Shown one piece after another: positions 10,690 through 23,270 of a DNA stretch of 64,000 nt. The notes under the pieces are model-generated. The model had not been told where the DNA came from, did no database searches, and saw nothing but the letters and a program-made list of their open reading frames with translations. The first letter of the stretch is position 1; each line of letters opens with the position of its first letter. The translations under genes were made by a program, and so were the position numbers. The stretch comes from Mobula hypostoma (taxonomy: Eukaryota), in assembly GCF_963921235.1 (NCBI RefSeq), contig NC_086097.1:159900001-159964000 (forward strand), in the 5' to 3' direction.

Positions 10690-12720
10690 AATTCAGAAAT
10701 CAGAGGAAGAAAGGGATGTGGGCATCAGCATGCAGGATTCCTTAAAGGTTAACTTGCTGTTTGATTCAATGGTAAGGAAGGTAAATACGATGCTAGCATT
10801 CATTTTAAGAGGACTAGAATATAAAAACAAGGATATTATGCTGAGGCTATATAAGGCATTGGTTAGACTATATCAAGTCAAGTCAAGTCACTTTTTATTG
10901 TCATTTTGACCATAACTGCTGGTACAGTACACAGTAAAAATGAGACAACCTTTTTTAGGACCATGGTGCTACATGAAACAATACAAAAACTACACTGAAC
11001 TACGTAAAAGCAACACAAAAACAACACTAGACTACAGACCTATCCAGGACTGCATCAAGTGCACAAAACAGTGCAGGCATTACAATAAATGATAAACAAG
11101 ACAATAGGCACAGTAGAGGGCAGTAGGTTGGTGTCAGTCCAGGCTCTGGGTATTGAGGAGTCTGATGGCTTGGGGGAAGAAACTGTTACATAGTCTGGTC
11201 GTGAGAGGCCAAATGCTTTGGTGTCTTTTGCCAGATGGCAGGAGGGAGAAGAGTTTGTATGAGGAGTGTGTGGGGTCCTTCATAATGCTATTTGCTTTAT
11301 GGATGCAGCGTGTGGTGTAAATGTCTGTAATGGCGGGAAGAGAGACCCTGATGATCTTCTCAGCTGACCTCACTATCTGCTGCAGGATCTTGTGATCCAA
11401 GATGGTGCAATTCCCGAACCAGGCAGTGATGCAGCTGCTCAGGATGCTCTCAATACAACCTCTGTAGAATGTGGTGAGGATGAGGGGTGGGAGATGGATT
11501 TTTCTCAGCCCTCGCAGAAAGTAGAGATGCTGCTGGGCTTTCTTTGCTGGTGTTGAGGGACCAGGTGAGATTCTCCGCCAGGAGAACACCAAGAAATTTG
11601 GTGCTCTTAACGATCTCTAAGGAGGAGTCGTCGATGTTCAGTGGAGAGTGGTCGCCCCGTGTCCTCCTGAAGTCAACAACCCTCTCTTTTGTTTTGTTCA
11701 CATTCAGAGACAGGTTGTTGGCTCTGCACCAGTCCATTAGCCGCTGCATCTCCTCTCTGTATGCTGACTCATCATTCTTGCTGGTGAGACCCACAATGGT
11801 CGTGTCATTGGCGAACTTGATGATGTGGTTTGAGCTGTGTGTTGCAGCACAGTCGTGGGTCAGCAGAGTGAACAGCAGTGGACTGAGCACACAGCCCTGG
11901 GGGGCCCCCGTGCTTAGTGTGATGGTGTTGGAGATGCTGCTTCCAATCTGGACTGACTGAGATCTCCCAGTCAAGAAGTCTAGGATCCAGTTACAGAGGG
12001 AGGTATTCAGGCCCAGTAGGCTCAGCTTTCCAATCAGCTTCTGAGGACTGATTGTGTTGAACGCTGAACTGATGTCTATGAACAGCGTTCGAACGTACGT
12101 GTCTTTTTTGTCCAGGTGGGTTAGGGCCAGGCAGAGGGTGATGGCAATGGCGTCATCTGTTGAATGGTTGGGATGGTACACAAACTGCAAGGGTCCAGTG
12201 AGGGGGGCAGCAGGGTCTTGATGTGCCTCATGTAAGGCACTTGGAGTATTGTGAGCAGTTTTGGACACTTTATTGAAGAAAAAATGCATTGGCATTGGAG
12301 AGGGTCCAGAGGAATTTCGCGAGAATAATCCTGGGAATGAAATGAGTGTTTGATGTCTCTGGGCCTGTTCTCACTGGAGTTCAGAAGAATGAGGGGGTGG
12401 ATGTGAAGAGGTGTTTCCTATAACGAGGGAGTCTAGGACCAGAAGGCACAGCCTCAGAATAGAGTGACACCCTTTAGAACAAAGATGAAGAGGAATTTCT
12501 TCAGCCAGAGGGTGCAGAATCTGTGGAATTCATTGCTGCAGACAGCTGTACAGACGGAGTCATTTGCGTATATTTAAAGTGAAAATTGATAGGTTCTTGA
12601 CTAGTCAGGGCATCAAAGGAGAATGCAGTTGAGAGGGATAAAAAATCAGCTATGATCAAATGGCGAGAAAGACTCGATGGACCAAATGGCCTAATTCTGC
12701 TCCTATGTCTTATGGTCTTA
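10690..12720 (+). mobile_element. Old CR1 3' fragment (10690-10872 and about 12235-12720), split by a Rex1-like insertion
   Basis: MLAFILRGLEYKNKDIMLRLYKALVR stops at 10872 and the element resumes as cacttggagtattgtg (HLEYC) near 12238, running to a CR1 3' UTR. Confidence 0.8.
10873..12228 (-). mobile_element. 5'-truncated Rex1/Babar-like LINE (RT, frameshifted)
   Basis: [69 protein letters not shown]; (TGACT)n tail at 10873-10890. Confidence 0.9.
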
Positions 12721-13591
12721 TTGTAAATTGTAGTATTTTTATGTATCACATTGTACAGCTGCCATAAAGGAACAACTTTCACAATGTATGTGAGTGATAA
12801 AAAACCTGATTCTAATTCTGTTCTCCAAGAGACATTTTATGATACTCCACTTGAGTAGTCTCCATCGAAACCTGGAGCTACAAGGATTCAGAGAAAAATT
12901 CAGATGTAGACTAGAAATTGGCAAAAAGTCTGGAGGAGAGGAAAGGTTGTTGTGCAGTGTGGGGGAAAATACAACGTGAGCTCCCCCAAAACCTCATTAC
13001 TTGTGGCCACAACTGCTAATTTACATCAGTGACTTAGATCTTGAAACACATTGCAAATTGCGTCAATTTACTGATGATTATAAAGAAGCCATGGAACTGA
13101 GAGAGGCAGCAGAGAAGCTAAAGAAAACATTTGAGTTTTCAGAACAATTACAGATGAAGTTATAGGTCTTGATGAAAGGTCATTAACTGAAAATTTGTTT
13201 TGTTTTCTCTTTACAAATGCCTCATTGTTTCAGTCCAGCATATTTTTTTTGTATTTTAAATTTCTATCAAACACAATATCTTGATTAAATGAATTTTCTG
13301 CAGAAATGTGTAAAGGGCAGCATATAGAATTTTAAAAAGCAATAGGCAATATGGAAAAATAATGATTTCTGCTGAGAAGATTTTGGAGCATTTAATAAGG
13401 AAAGGGAATCAAAAAAATAGAGAGCATAGGCTTAAGGTGAGAGGAAAGATTTAAAAGGGACTTTTGGACAGCTGTAGGCATAGGGAAGGTGTAGAAAGAT
13501 ATAAGCCAAAGATTTGGCAAATGTAACTAGCATAGATTGGCATCTTGGTTGTCATGGCTGAGCTGGATCAAAGGGCTTATTTCCATGATGT

Positions 13592-13810
13592 TGTGCTGAC
13601 CCACTTTCTACACAAGCGAACCAGCTCACAAAATAGCCCGCACGCGGGGAGAGACTTTTGTAATGCACCTCTGACGTCATTTCCGCCTGGAGAGGGCTGG
13701 AAGGGAACTGCTTAAAAGCCAGTGCCGCGAAGTTTGAATAAATGAGTCTCGAGTGCGACTTACAGACTACGTGTCGTTATTTCTAGCTCTGTGTGTAGCA
13801 CATCGCTACA
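13592..13810 (+). repeat. 5' LTR of the CsRn1-like element
   Basis: Direct repeat of 17479-17697 with about 14 mismatches counted by eye; contains AATAAA and a TGACGTCA motif. Confidence 0.95.
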
Positions 13811-13811
13811 T

Positions 13812-13823
13812 TGGTGACCCTGG
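13812..13823 (+). promoter_or_regulatory. Primer-binding site, tRNA-Trp-like
   Basis: TGGTGACCC immediately after the 5' LTR is complementary to the tRNA-Trp 3' end (GGGUCACCA). Confidence 0.8.
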
Positions 13824-13849
13824 CGGTCCAAACAGGATTTGGACCAAAG

Positions 13850-14537
13850 ATGATCGACTCTTCATCTGTTCATGCAGTTTCGCTAAAACTGCCAACTTTC
13901 TGGATGCTGTGACCACGCATGTGGTTTGACCAAGCAGAAGCCCAGTTCCAGATTCGGCAGATATCTTCAGATTCCACACGTTACTATTACATGGTGAGCT
14001 CCCTTGACCAGGAGACAGCCGAACAGGTTGGGGATTTCATACAGTCACCCCCCCGAAGAAGGCAAATATGCAGCATTCAACCTTTGGCCTCTCACGGCAT
14101 GAGCGAGGTGCCCGTTGCTGCACCTGGACAATTTGGGAGACAGACCGCCGTCAGCATTAATGAATGAGATGCTGGCCCTGGCTGAAGGACACAAACCCTG
14201 CCCCATGTTTGAGCAGGCGTTCCTAGAACAACTGCTCGAGGACATACATCTGCTGCTGGCCGACGCAGATTTCACTGACCCCCAGAAGGTGGCGGCCCGG
14301 GCAGTCGTGCTGTGGAAAGCTAAGAGGGAGAGCGGGGTGTCCGTCGGACAGATTACCAAGCCATGCGCCCAACAGCAGGCCAGACCAGGCCCAGCAATGG
14401 AGCGCACACAACCCAGAGGCAGGAGTGAGAAGGCCAATGAACAGTGGTGTTTCTACCACCAGCAGTGGGGCACAGAAGCCCGCCGTTGTCGCCCGCCCTG
14501 CAAGTTCCCGGGAAACGCCAGGGCCAGCCGCCACTAA
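13850..14537 (+). pseudogene. gag: Gag of the CsRn1-like element (stop plus frameshift)
   Basis: AVSLKLPTFW...WFDQAEAQF, LGDRPPSALMNEM and the CHCC motif CFYHQQWGTEARRCRPPC; TGA at codon 21. Confidence 0.85.
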
Positions 14538-14555
14538 TGGCTACGGCCGCTGGCC
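14510..14555 (+). promoter_or_regulatory. -1 programmed ribosomal frameshift signal
   Basis: G GGA AAC in the gag frame (14510-14516), 5-nt spacer, stem GGCCAGC (14522-14528) / GCTGGCC (14549-14555); the protease ORF is in the -1 frame. Confidence 0.85.
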
Positions 14556-17400
14556 ACCAGGACAGCCTCTTGTACGTCTGCGTCAAACAGTCGGGACGCC
14601 GCTTTTTGGTCGACACCGGAGCGGAGATCAGCGTCTTACCCTTGACGGGGTATGACACCCGCAACAAGGAGACGGGACTCACCCCGAGGGCTGCAAACGG
14701 CAGCACGATTCGGACCTACGGCACCCGCATGGTGCAGCTACAGTTCGGCGCCAGCCGGTTCACGTGGGACTTCACACTGGCCACTGTGGCCCAACCACTC
14801 CTGGGGGCAGACTTCTTGTGAGCTCACAGCCTGCTGGTCGATTTGCAAGGGAAAAGACTGGTCCATGCCAAGACTTTCCAGATGTTCTCCCTGGGTGAAG
14901 CCAAGTTGCTGGCCCCACACCTGGACTCCATCACGCTGTCTGACAACGAATTCACCAGAATCCTGGTGGACTTTCCATTGGTTTTGGCACCGCAGTTCAC
15001 GGCAGCCATGCCCAGACACAGAGTACGGCACCACATTCCGACCCAGGGACCACCCCTCCATGCCCGCGCACGAAGGCTCCCCCTGGACAAGCTCCGCCTG
15101 GCAAAGGAGGAGTTCAAGAGGATGGAGGAATTGGGGATCATATGGCAGTCTGACAGCCCATGGGCCTCCCCCTTGCACATGGTGCCCAAAGCAGCCGGGG
15201 GGCTGGAGAGCATGCGGTGACTACCGCAGACTGAACGAGGCTACAACTCCAGACCACTACCCCATGCCGCACATACAGGACTTTGCAGCAAACCTGCATG
15301 GAGCAAGCATCTTTTCCAAAGTAGACCTCATCCAGGGGTACCATCAAATCCCGGTACACCCTGAAGACATCCCCAAAACAGCACTCATCACCCCGCTCGG
15401 CCTGTTCAAATTCCTCCGAATGCCATTCGGCCTGAAGAATGCAGCACAGACGTTCCAGTGACTAATGGATGCGGTGGGACGCAACCTGGACTTTGCATTC
15501 ATCTATTTGGACGACATCCTCATAGCCAGCAGTAGTCATCAGGAGAATCTGTCCCACCTCTGCCAGCTCTACTCCCGCCTGAGTGATTTCGGCCTCATGA
15601 TCAACCCAGCCAAACGTCAGTTCGGACTCAACACCATCGACTTCCTGGGCAACAGGATTACCAAAGACGGGGCAATACCTCTGCCCGCCAAGGTAGACAT
15701 GATCTGCCACTTCGCCCAGCCCAACACAGTCAAAAGCCTGCAGGAGTTCGTTGGTATGGTGAACTTCTACCACCGCTTCCTCCCCTCAGCAGCCCGTATC
15801 ATGTGCCTTTTTTTCACCCTGATGTCGGGTAAAGGCAAGGACATTACTTGGGATGAAGAGGCCACGGCCACTTTCGTTAAAGCCAAGGAAGCCTTGGCAG
15901 ATGCCGCGATGCTGGTGCACCCCAGAATGGATGTTCCAACCATCCTCACAGTGGACGCATCCAACACAGCAGTCGGTGGGGTGCTGGAGCAACTCATCGA
16001 GGAGCGCTGGCAACCCCTGGCATTCTTCAGCAGGCACTTACGGCCACCCGAACTCAAGTACAGTGCCTTCAACCGGGAGCCGTTGGCACTATATCTGGCA
16101 ATCCGGCATTTCAGGGACTTGTTAGAAGGCAGGCCATTCACCGCATTCACGGACCGTAAACCGTTGACCTTCACGATCACGAAGGTGTCTGATCCCTGGT
16201 CGGCCCGCCAGCAGCAACATCTGTCCTACATCTCCTAGTACACGACGGACATCCAGCATGTCTCGGGAAAGGACAACGTCATGGCGGACGCACTCTCCAG
16301 ACCAGCTATCCAGGCGCTGTCCCAGGGGGTGGACTATGCAGCACTGGCAGAGGCGCAGCAGGCAGACGACGAGATGCCCAGCTACAGGACCGCAGTCTCG
16401 GGTTTGCAGCTGCAAGACTTCCTCGTAGGCCCAAGTGAGAGGACCCTCCTGTGTGACGTGGCTACTGGCCAACCTCGCCCCATCATCCTGGCAGCCTGGT
16501 GGCGGCGAGTTTTCGACTCCATACACGGCTTGGTGCAGCCATCTATCAGGACAACCATCCGGTTGGCCTCTAGCAAGTTCGTGTGGCACAGACTTCGCAA
16601 ACAGGTCAGCGAATGGGCCAAAACGTGCACACAGTGCCAAACAGCCAAGGTGCAGTGGCATACTAAGGCTCCGCCGCAGCAGTTCGAACCCACCCGCCGG
16701 AGGTTCGACCACATTCATGTGGATATTGTGTGGCCCCCGCCAGGGTCGCGAGGAGCGCAGTACCTCCTAACTATGGTAGACCAGTTCACGAGATGGCCAG
16801 AGGTGGTCCCGCTCAACAACACCACCACCTGTTGGGAACACAATTACACCACACAACTGCCTACCACCCACAGTCGAACGGACTAGTGGAACGCTTCCAC
16901 TGTCACTTAAAGTCGGCTCTCATGGCCTGCCTGAAAGGGCCTAACTGGGTGGACGAGCTTCCCTGGGTCCTGCTTGGAATCCGCACGGCACACAAGGAGG
17001 ATCTGCACACCTCGTCAGCTGAGCTGGGGTACAGCACACCCCTGGTCGTCCCAGGAGAGTTCATACCAGCCTCAAGGGGGCAAGAGGAAGAACCCGCAGC
17101 AGTCGTGGACAGACTACGTGAGAGGCTCGGTAACCTGGCCCCTGTACCGAATTCACAGCACGGACAGAGCCTGACCTGCGTACTCAAAGACCTGCAGAAC
17201 TGTAAGTTTCTTTTTGTACGATGGGGCAGACACCAGGCACTGCTACAGTGGCCGTATGGGGGGCCGTTCAAGGTGATCAGTAACAATGGGTCCACGTACA
17301 TTCTGGACATTGGGGGAAAGAGGAGGTTTTCACGGTGGACCGACTCAAACCGGCCCATGTGGACTTGGCGTAGCTGGTCAAGGTTCAGGCACCGCGGCAC
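14510..17400 (+). pseudogene. pol: Pol (protease, RT, RNase H, integrase) of the CsRn1-like element, multiply disrupted
   Basis: FLVDTGAEISV, CGDYRRLN, MPFGLKNA, IYLDDIL, TVDASNTAVGGVL, CTQCQ, HIHVDIV, AYHPQSNGLVERFH; stops at 14819, 15459 and 16236, a frameshift near 15200 and a deletion in the integrase core near 16830. Confidence 0.92.
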
Positions 17401-17465
17401 AGAGGCAGACCGCCCAAACAGAGGCCAATCCAGACTGTGGACATTGGGGGTGTATCGCTGGTTCT

Positions 17466-17475
17466 GGGGGTGGGG
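17466..17475 (+). promoter_or_regulatory. Polypurine tract
   Basis: gggggtgggg lying 3 nt before the 3' LTR. Confidence 0.7.
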
Positions 17476-17478
17476 TTA

Positions 17479-17697
17479 TGTGGCGACCCACTCTGTACAC
17501 AAGTGAACCAGCTCACCAAATAGCCCGCACACGGGGAGAGACTTTTGTAATGCACCTCTGACGTCATTTCCGCCCGGAGAGGGCTGGAAGGGAACTGCTT
17601 AAAAGTCAGTGCCATGAAGTTTGAATAAACGAGTCTCGAGTGCGACTTACAGACTGCGTGTCGTTATTTCTAGCTCTGTGTGTAGCACATCACTACA
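17479..17697 (+). repeat. 3' LTR of the CsRn1-like element
   Basis: Direct repeat of 13592-13810, followed by TSD ATGT. Confidence 0.95.
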
Positions 17698-20017
17698 ATG
17701 TACTATATTACTCCATGGTTCTACTGTATGACTCCATGTTCTAGTGAAATGGTCTCTTCAAGAAATGCTGGGTGCTTGGTGCTAGTTGATAGAATATGGC
17801 TAGGGTATCCTTAAGAGAAGCCGATGAAAAGGGAGGCCAAATTTTCCTCTTGTCTTTCCTCCAGTGGCAGAGATTTGTGTTATTTTTTAAATGTAAACCA
17901 CCCACATGCCAGCCCACTAGAGGTTTATTTACCCTGAATGAGAGCATAATTTCTTCCTAAAACTCCATGCTCTAAAATTTTAGTCAGATCATGAAGATAT
18001 GACAAGCAACTCTCCAAAATACAACTCAAATAATTAGTTGGCAGAGCAAGAGGAACGGGAGGCCGTTGACATTTCCCACTAGAGAGCCAACTGCAGTCAT
18101 TCTCACTCCCAAGCACAGCTACAAGCAGAAAGGTCGATTGTACAGTTATAACAGAAACTACAATATAGCATAAGACTGGCTAAAATAACGTAGCACCTCT
18201 AAATGAAACAGGCACTTTAGAACAATATTACCAATTGAAGTTTAAAACAAGCCTCAAAAAAATAATCCAGGAAACTTGGGGGTATGTTTCAAGGAGGGTT
18301 GCAATGGAGAGGTCTTGTGAGTGAATTCCAGATCTTACAGCCTGTGTAATTTGAGGTGGAGGTGTAGTGAGGGAGGTAGGGAGTGAACATGAGCCATTCC
18401 TATACAGAATCACATAGGCCTGTGACTTTACCATTAATGGCTTGTTGGTTTCACAGAGATATTACACAGCATAGCGACAGGCAATGAAATGTTGCAGAGC
18501 ATGTAAATAGACAATTTGTTTCTCAAACATAGTTTGTATGAAGATATTGCCCTTTAAGACCCTGTTTCTAAGTTTACAGCTAGCGTGTTGATGCTTTGTG
18601 ACTAATGGCTGTGACCTATTTGCTTGAGTGAAAGGTAGTAAATATAGTTCTGCATAATTTCTACTGAAATAGTTCCTACTGAACAGCGAGGAATCATTTT
18701 GGTGCTGGTAAGTGCATGCAAATAACAGCACCGATCTGTGTCATACATGGTGAAGTTAGCTGCTGCTCTTTACTCCAGCCACTGTCAACATCCATAAATG
18801 TCAGTGAAAGTGTCTCTAATTTGATTAAATTAGACAGCCTCAGATTCTCTAGACAAGATTAGCTGCAACAGTGTTAACAGCACCTACTTTAAGAGAAACG
18901 TGATGGAATTGGTGTTTGTACTTCGTACAACAAGGTAATGGGGCAGGTCTAAGAAACTAATCCCATTATGTGACTGTAAATCTGAAAAGGATGGAACACT
19001 GTATTGATTGCACTTGAGGGAACAAAACCCTCAACAAAATAAGGAAAAAATAGAGCAATCTTTTCAGCTTTACACCAGTTGCCTGCCTCTTACTTCTCTC
19101 TAAATCCTCTAGACTGACCACTCATACCCCACCAACTTAGACCACTGTTCCTCCTTCTTCACCACCCCAGACTTTTAAAAAAACATCTGCTCAGGTTGAA
19201 ATCAGCTTTGCCTGGAACCTGGCATACATTACTACCCTCCACTGGTCCCCCCTCAGCAATGAGCCTCCCCATCACTTTCTGTGGAAGGACTTCCTGTGAT
19301 GACTGAGGTTAACTGGAGCAAGCAATGCAGCGATTCAGAGCTGAGGTGAGGGCTGTTTCGATGAGTGTGGCCATTGCTGGGGTCTGGCAACAATTGCTCC
19401 ATTGTGCTGGCAGACCACTTGACCATATGTTCTCCCTCATCACCTTCTGTTAGATGTGATGGAAGCTGCCTTCTACCTGTCACTTTATTTGACTGCACAG
19501 CTCTCCACTGTCCAGGGATTTCTCAATAGTGACAAGCAAACAGACTCTTGGCATGGCAGAATATTGCGGTAAAGTGGGCAGGGATTTGAGCCAGATTCCT
19601 GGCATGGAGGTGATATCAGTATCTCCCTCTATATAATTCAGTAATCGTGCTTTTAGCACTGATCCATTAGCCATGCCAAGGCTCCAGTGCATTAAAAGAA
19701 CACCAAAGGCATTACCTTTGAGAAGTTACGCTTTTACTCACTTTGTCCGAAGCAAATCAGGGAGATGCATAGAATGATTGAGTTGAACTAAAAGATCAGC
19801 TATTACCCTACTGACGGGCAGATCACTGAAAAAGCCAAATGGCTTCTATTCCAGCCTTTATTTCTTACGTTGTTACATCTGTGAGGTTATCTAGAATATA
19901 TATTACTGCAGGATATGGAGCTGAGCATCTTCCAGTGCACTTGATACATTAGAACCTACTGCAAACTCAGAAATGTTGGAAATTGTGAGAATTGTGTGCT
20001 AATGTGTATGCACACAT

Positions 20018-20020
<3 letters not shown>

Positions 20021-20076
<56 letters not shown>

Positions 20077-20096
20077 TGTCTGTCTGTCTGTCTGTC
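20021..20096. repeat. (TG)n(TCTG)n microsatellite
   Basis: Directly visible. Confidence 0.98.
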
Positions 20097-21402
20097 AGGA
20101 GGACTTTGTAGCTATGAGGTTGGGTTACATCGGTGCTGGGGAAGGTGGTGATGGTGTTGGTGCAGAATCTTGCCAGCTGTGTTCCTATAGGAGAGAGAGT
20201 GGTGGCAAAGCCTCAGTGTGCGTGACCTAGCCATGCATGTGTATATTATTATGTTGCTAATCTAGCTGTGTTGGTGAGAGTAATGGCTTATCAAAGATCT
20301 TAATGAATGTGGATTAGCAATATGCTTCCTCAGTCAGATGAATTTCAGAAATGAAGTAATGAATGAGTCTCACTTTAGATTAAAAAAGGAATAAAAAGGC
20401 AAGGGTGAGGAAAAGAGTTCGCATTTTAAAAAAGAAAATAAAAAAGTAGAGAAGTAATTCACTTTCAATGCTGTTAAGTATTTTTAAACCTTCAGGAAAA
20501 GGCCAGAATAGAAAAGAACAGAAGAAGAAATAACAAGATAAATCCAAGTAAAGATATTTAAATCTGAATAATATAGTTAGAAAGAAGATGGAAGGAGATA
20601 AAAGAGTAAAATTTTTAACACACTGTTATGCTACAGATTTATTGCTTGCTTTTTCCTTCTTCATTCCCTGTTATTATTAGTCCATCTTGTTATCTAAATT
20701 ACTTGGGAAATTATCTTTATCCTTGAGAAACTCTAGGTCTATCCATATACTGAGTAATCGACAGAGATTCAGTCTTCTCTGTGAGGAGTGAGCTCCTCTC
20801 CATCCTATCTATTTGCTAAAAAGAATCTAGTGGGAAATATTGGGCTGCAAGATGAAATATAGGCAGCAGAAAAGAAGGTTGGAAGATCAAACTTCTCAGA
20901 AAGGCTTTTCAGAGAAGTTTGGTTTTCTAATTGGTTGTGCAATTTTGGAGTCAGGTTATTAGCTTCTCTGTCATTTGAAAATGAATTGTGCAGATATTGG
21001 GAGAGACAGGAGACAATGAAGAAAAATATCCTTGAATCGATCATGGTTCAGCAGCAAGCAAGTCTTTCCTTAAAACTGGCATTGTGATCAGTTATAGGAG
21101 AAACTTCTTGCTCCATTTCAACACAGTCAGGTTAGAGGAACTTGGATATACAAAGTCAACTTCAAATTAGCTTCTCTTGACATCAGCAACATTGAATATG
21201 ATGCTAAACTTGAAGACATCAATATGCCACATTGCAGTACCCTAGCATGTTCTCAATTTGCTATACTGAATCTAATTATTAATAGAAATCTAGATCACTG
21301 AATTTAATCAACTGAATCTAGTTAATAAACTAGCAAATAATAGACTAGAGAGGAGAAATGTTACTTGCACATCCAAGTATGGTGAAGGACATCATATCCT
21401 GA

Positions 21403-21537
21403 ACAACAGGAATTCTGCAGATGCTGGAAATTCAAGCAACACACATCAAAGTTGCTGGTGAACGCAGCAGGCCAAGCAGCATCTATAGGAAGAGGCGCAG
21501 TCGACGTTTCAGGCCAAGACCCTTCGTCAGGACTTCG
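21403..21537 (-). mobile_element. 135-bp Penelope terminal insert carrying a hammerhead
   Basis: Near-identical to 2361-2460; flanked by an 11-bp duplication tcatatcctga (21392-21402, 21538-21548). Confidence 0.88.
21499..21534 (-). ncRNA. Minimal hammerhead ribozyme, core intact
   Basis: AGUC CUGACGA A GGGU-CUUG-GCCU GAAA CG UC GACU. Confidence 0.82.
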
Positions 21538-21584
21538 TCATATCCTGATGTAGTTTTTCCAAACTACAAACAGTAAAAATTCAC

Positions 21585-23240
21585 CTGCATGGGCCCCAGC
21601 TATGCTGCATTTTCGTTGGCTGCGCAGAACAGTCCATGTTCCCAGCCTTCCCCGGTAAAGCTCCACAACTCTTCCTGAGCTACATTGATGACTGCATTGG
21701 TGCTGCTTGGGGCACCCATGTTGAGCTTATCAACTTCATCAACTTTGCCTCCAACTTCCACCCTGCCCTTAAATTTACTCAGTCCATTTCTGACACCTCC
21801 CTCCCCTTTCTCAATCTCTCTGCCTCTATCTCTGGAGACACTTATATCTGGCTACTGACACTTTTTATAAACCTATCAATTCTCACGGATATCTTGACTA
21901 AACCTCTTCCCACCCTGTCTCCTGTAAAAATGCTTTTCCTTTCTCTCAGTTCCTTTGTCTCTGCTGCATCTGTTCCCAGGATGAGGCTTTTCTTTCCAGG
22001 ACATCAGAGGTCTTCCTTCTTCAAAGAATGGGGTTTCTCTTCCTCCACCATTGATGCTGTCCGCACCCATATCTCCTCCATTTCCCAGATATCCACCCTC
22101 ACCCCATCTTCCCGCCACCTTAACAGTGATAGAGTTTATCTTGTCCTTAACTAACACCCCATGAGCCTTCACATCCAACACATCATTCCCTACAACCTCT
22201 ACCATCTCCAAAGGGATCCGAATACCAGACATATTTTAACCTCCCCCCTTTTCTGATTTCTACTAGGATTACTCCCATTATGATTTCCTTGCCTATTTCT
22301 GTCTTCCCACTAATCTCCCTCCCAGCACTTATCCCAGCAAGTGGTCAAAGTGATTCATTCACTTCCTCTCTCACCTCCAAAAAGTCCTTCCAGGTGAGGA
22401 ATTACTTCACCTATGAATTTGCTGGGGTCATCTATTTACGTCTGGTACTTCCAGTGTGGTTTCCTCTACATTGGTTAGACCTATCATAAATTGGGGGACT
22501 GCTTCATGAAGCAACTCCACTCCAGCCACCAAATGTGGAACATCCCAGTGGCCAAACATTTTAATTCCGATTTCCATTCACGTTCTGACATGTTGGTCCA
22601 TGGCTTCCTTATGTGCCACAAAGAGACCATCCTCAGGGTGGAGGAGCAACACCTTATATTCTGTCTGGGTAAGCTCCAACCTGATGGCATGAATTAAAAA
22701 AATCCTCCCATTCTGGCCTCTTACCTCTACTCACTTGGCCATCACCTTCCCTTGGGAACACTCACAACACGCTGGAGGAACTCAGCAGGTCGGGCAGCAT
22801 CTGTGGAAATGATCAGTCAACGTTTCAGGCCAGAACCCATCGTCAGGACCGAAAGGGTTCCAGCCTGAAACGTTGACATTGTTTCCACGGATGCTGCCCG
22901 ACCTGCTGAGTTCCTTCAGCGTGTTGTGAGTGTTGCTTTGACCCCAGCGTCCGCGGAGTATTTTGTGTTTACCTTCCCTTGGGTCCTCTCCTCCTTCCCT
23001 ACCTCTTATCAGATTCTCCATGCTCTGTTCCTACCAGATTCCTTTCTCTCCAGCTTTTACCTTTCCTACCTACATAGCTTCACCAATCACCTTCCAGCTA
23101 TCCTCCTTCCCCTTCCCCCTCCACCTTCTCTTCCTTTACAGCCCTGAAGAAGGGTCTCAGCTTGAAACACCAACTGCTTATTCATTTACATAGATGCTGC
23201 CTGACCTGCTGAATTTCTCCAGCATTTTCTGTGTGTGATT
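21585..23240 (+). mobile_element. Older 5'-truncated Penelope-like element
   Basis: LSYIDDCIG, FHPALKFT, GIY-YIG remnant (PVAKHFNS...EEQHLIFCLG...QPDGMN), decayed hammerhead near 23139-23176; multiple frameshifts. Confidence 0.9.
22757..22970. mobile_element. Inverted pair of Penelope termini nested in another Penelope
   Basis: 13-bp TSD accttcccttggg (22744-22756, 22971-22983); about 85-bp inverted arms; hammerhead on the minus strand at 22816-22849 (GUC CUGACGA U GGGU-UCUG-GCCU GAAA CG UU GAC). Confidence 0.88.
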
Positions 23241-23270
23241 TTGATACAGTATGCGCATATCCATTTACAC

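Larger units (their letters stand above)
13592..17697 (+). mobile_element. Gypsy LTR retrotransposon, CsRn1-like clade, two-LTR provirus, inactivated
   Basis: 219-bp LTRs with TG...CA ends, 4-bp TSD ATGT, PBS, PPT, and gag-PR-RT-RH-IN domain order. Confidence 0.95.
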
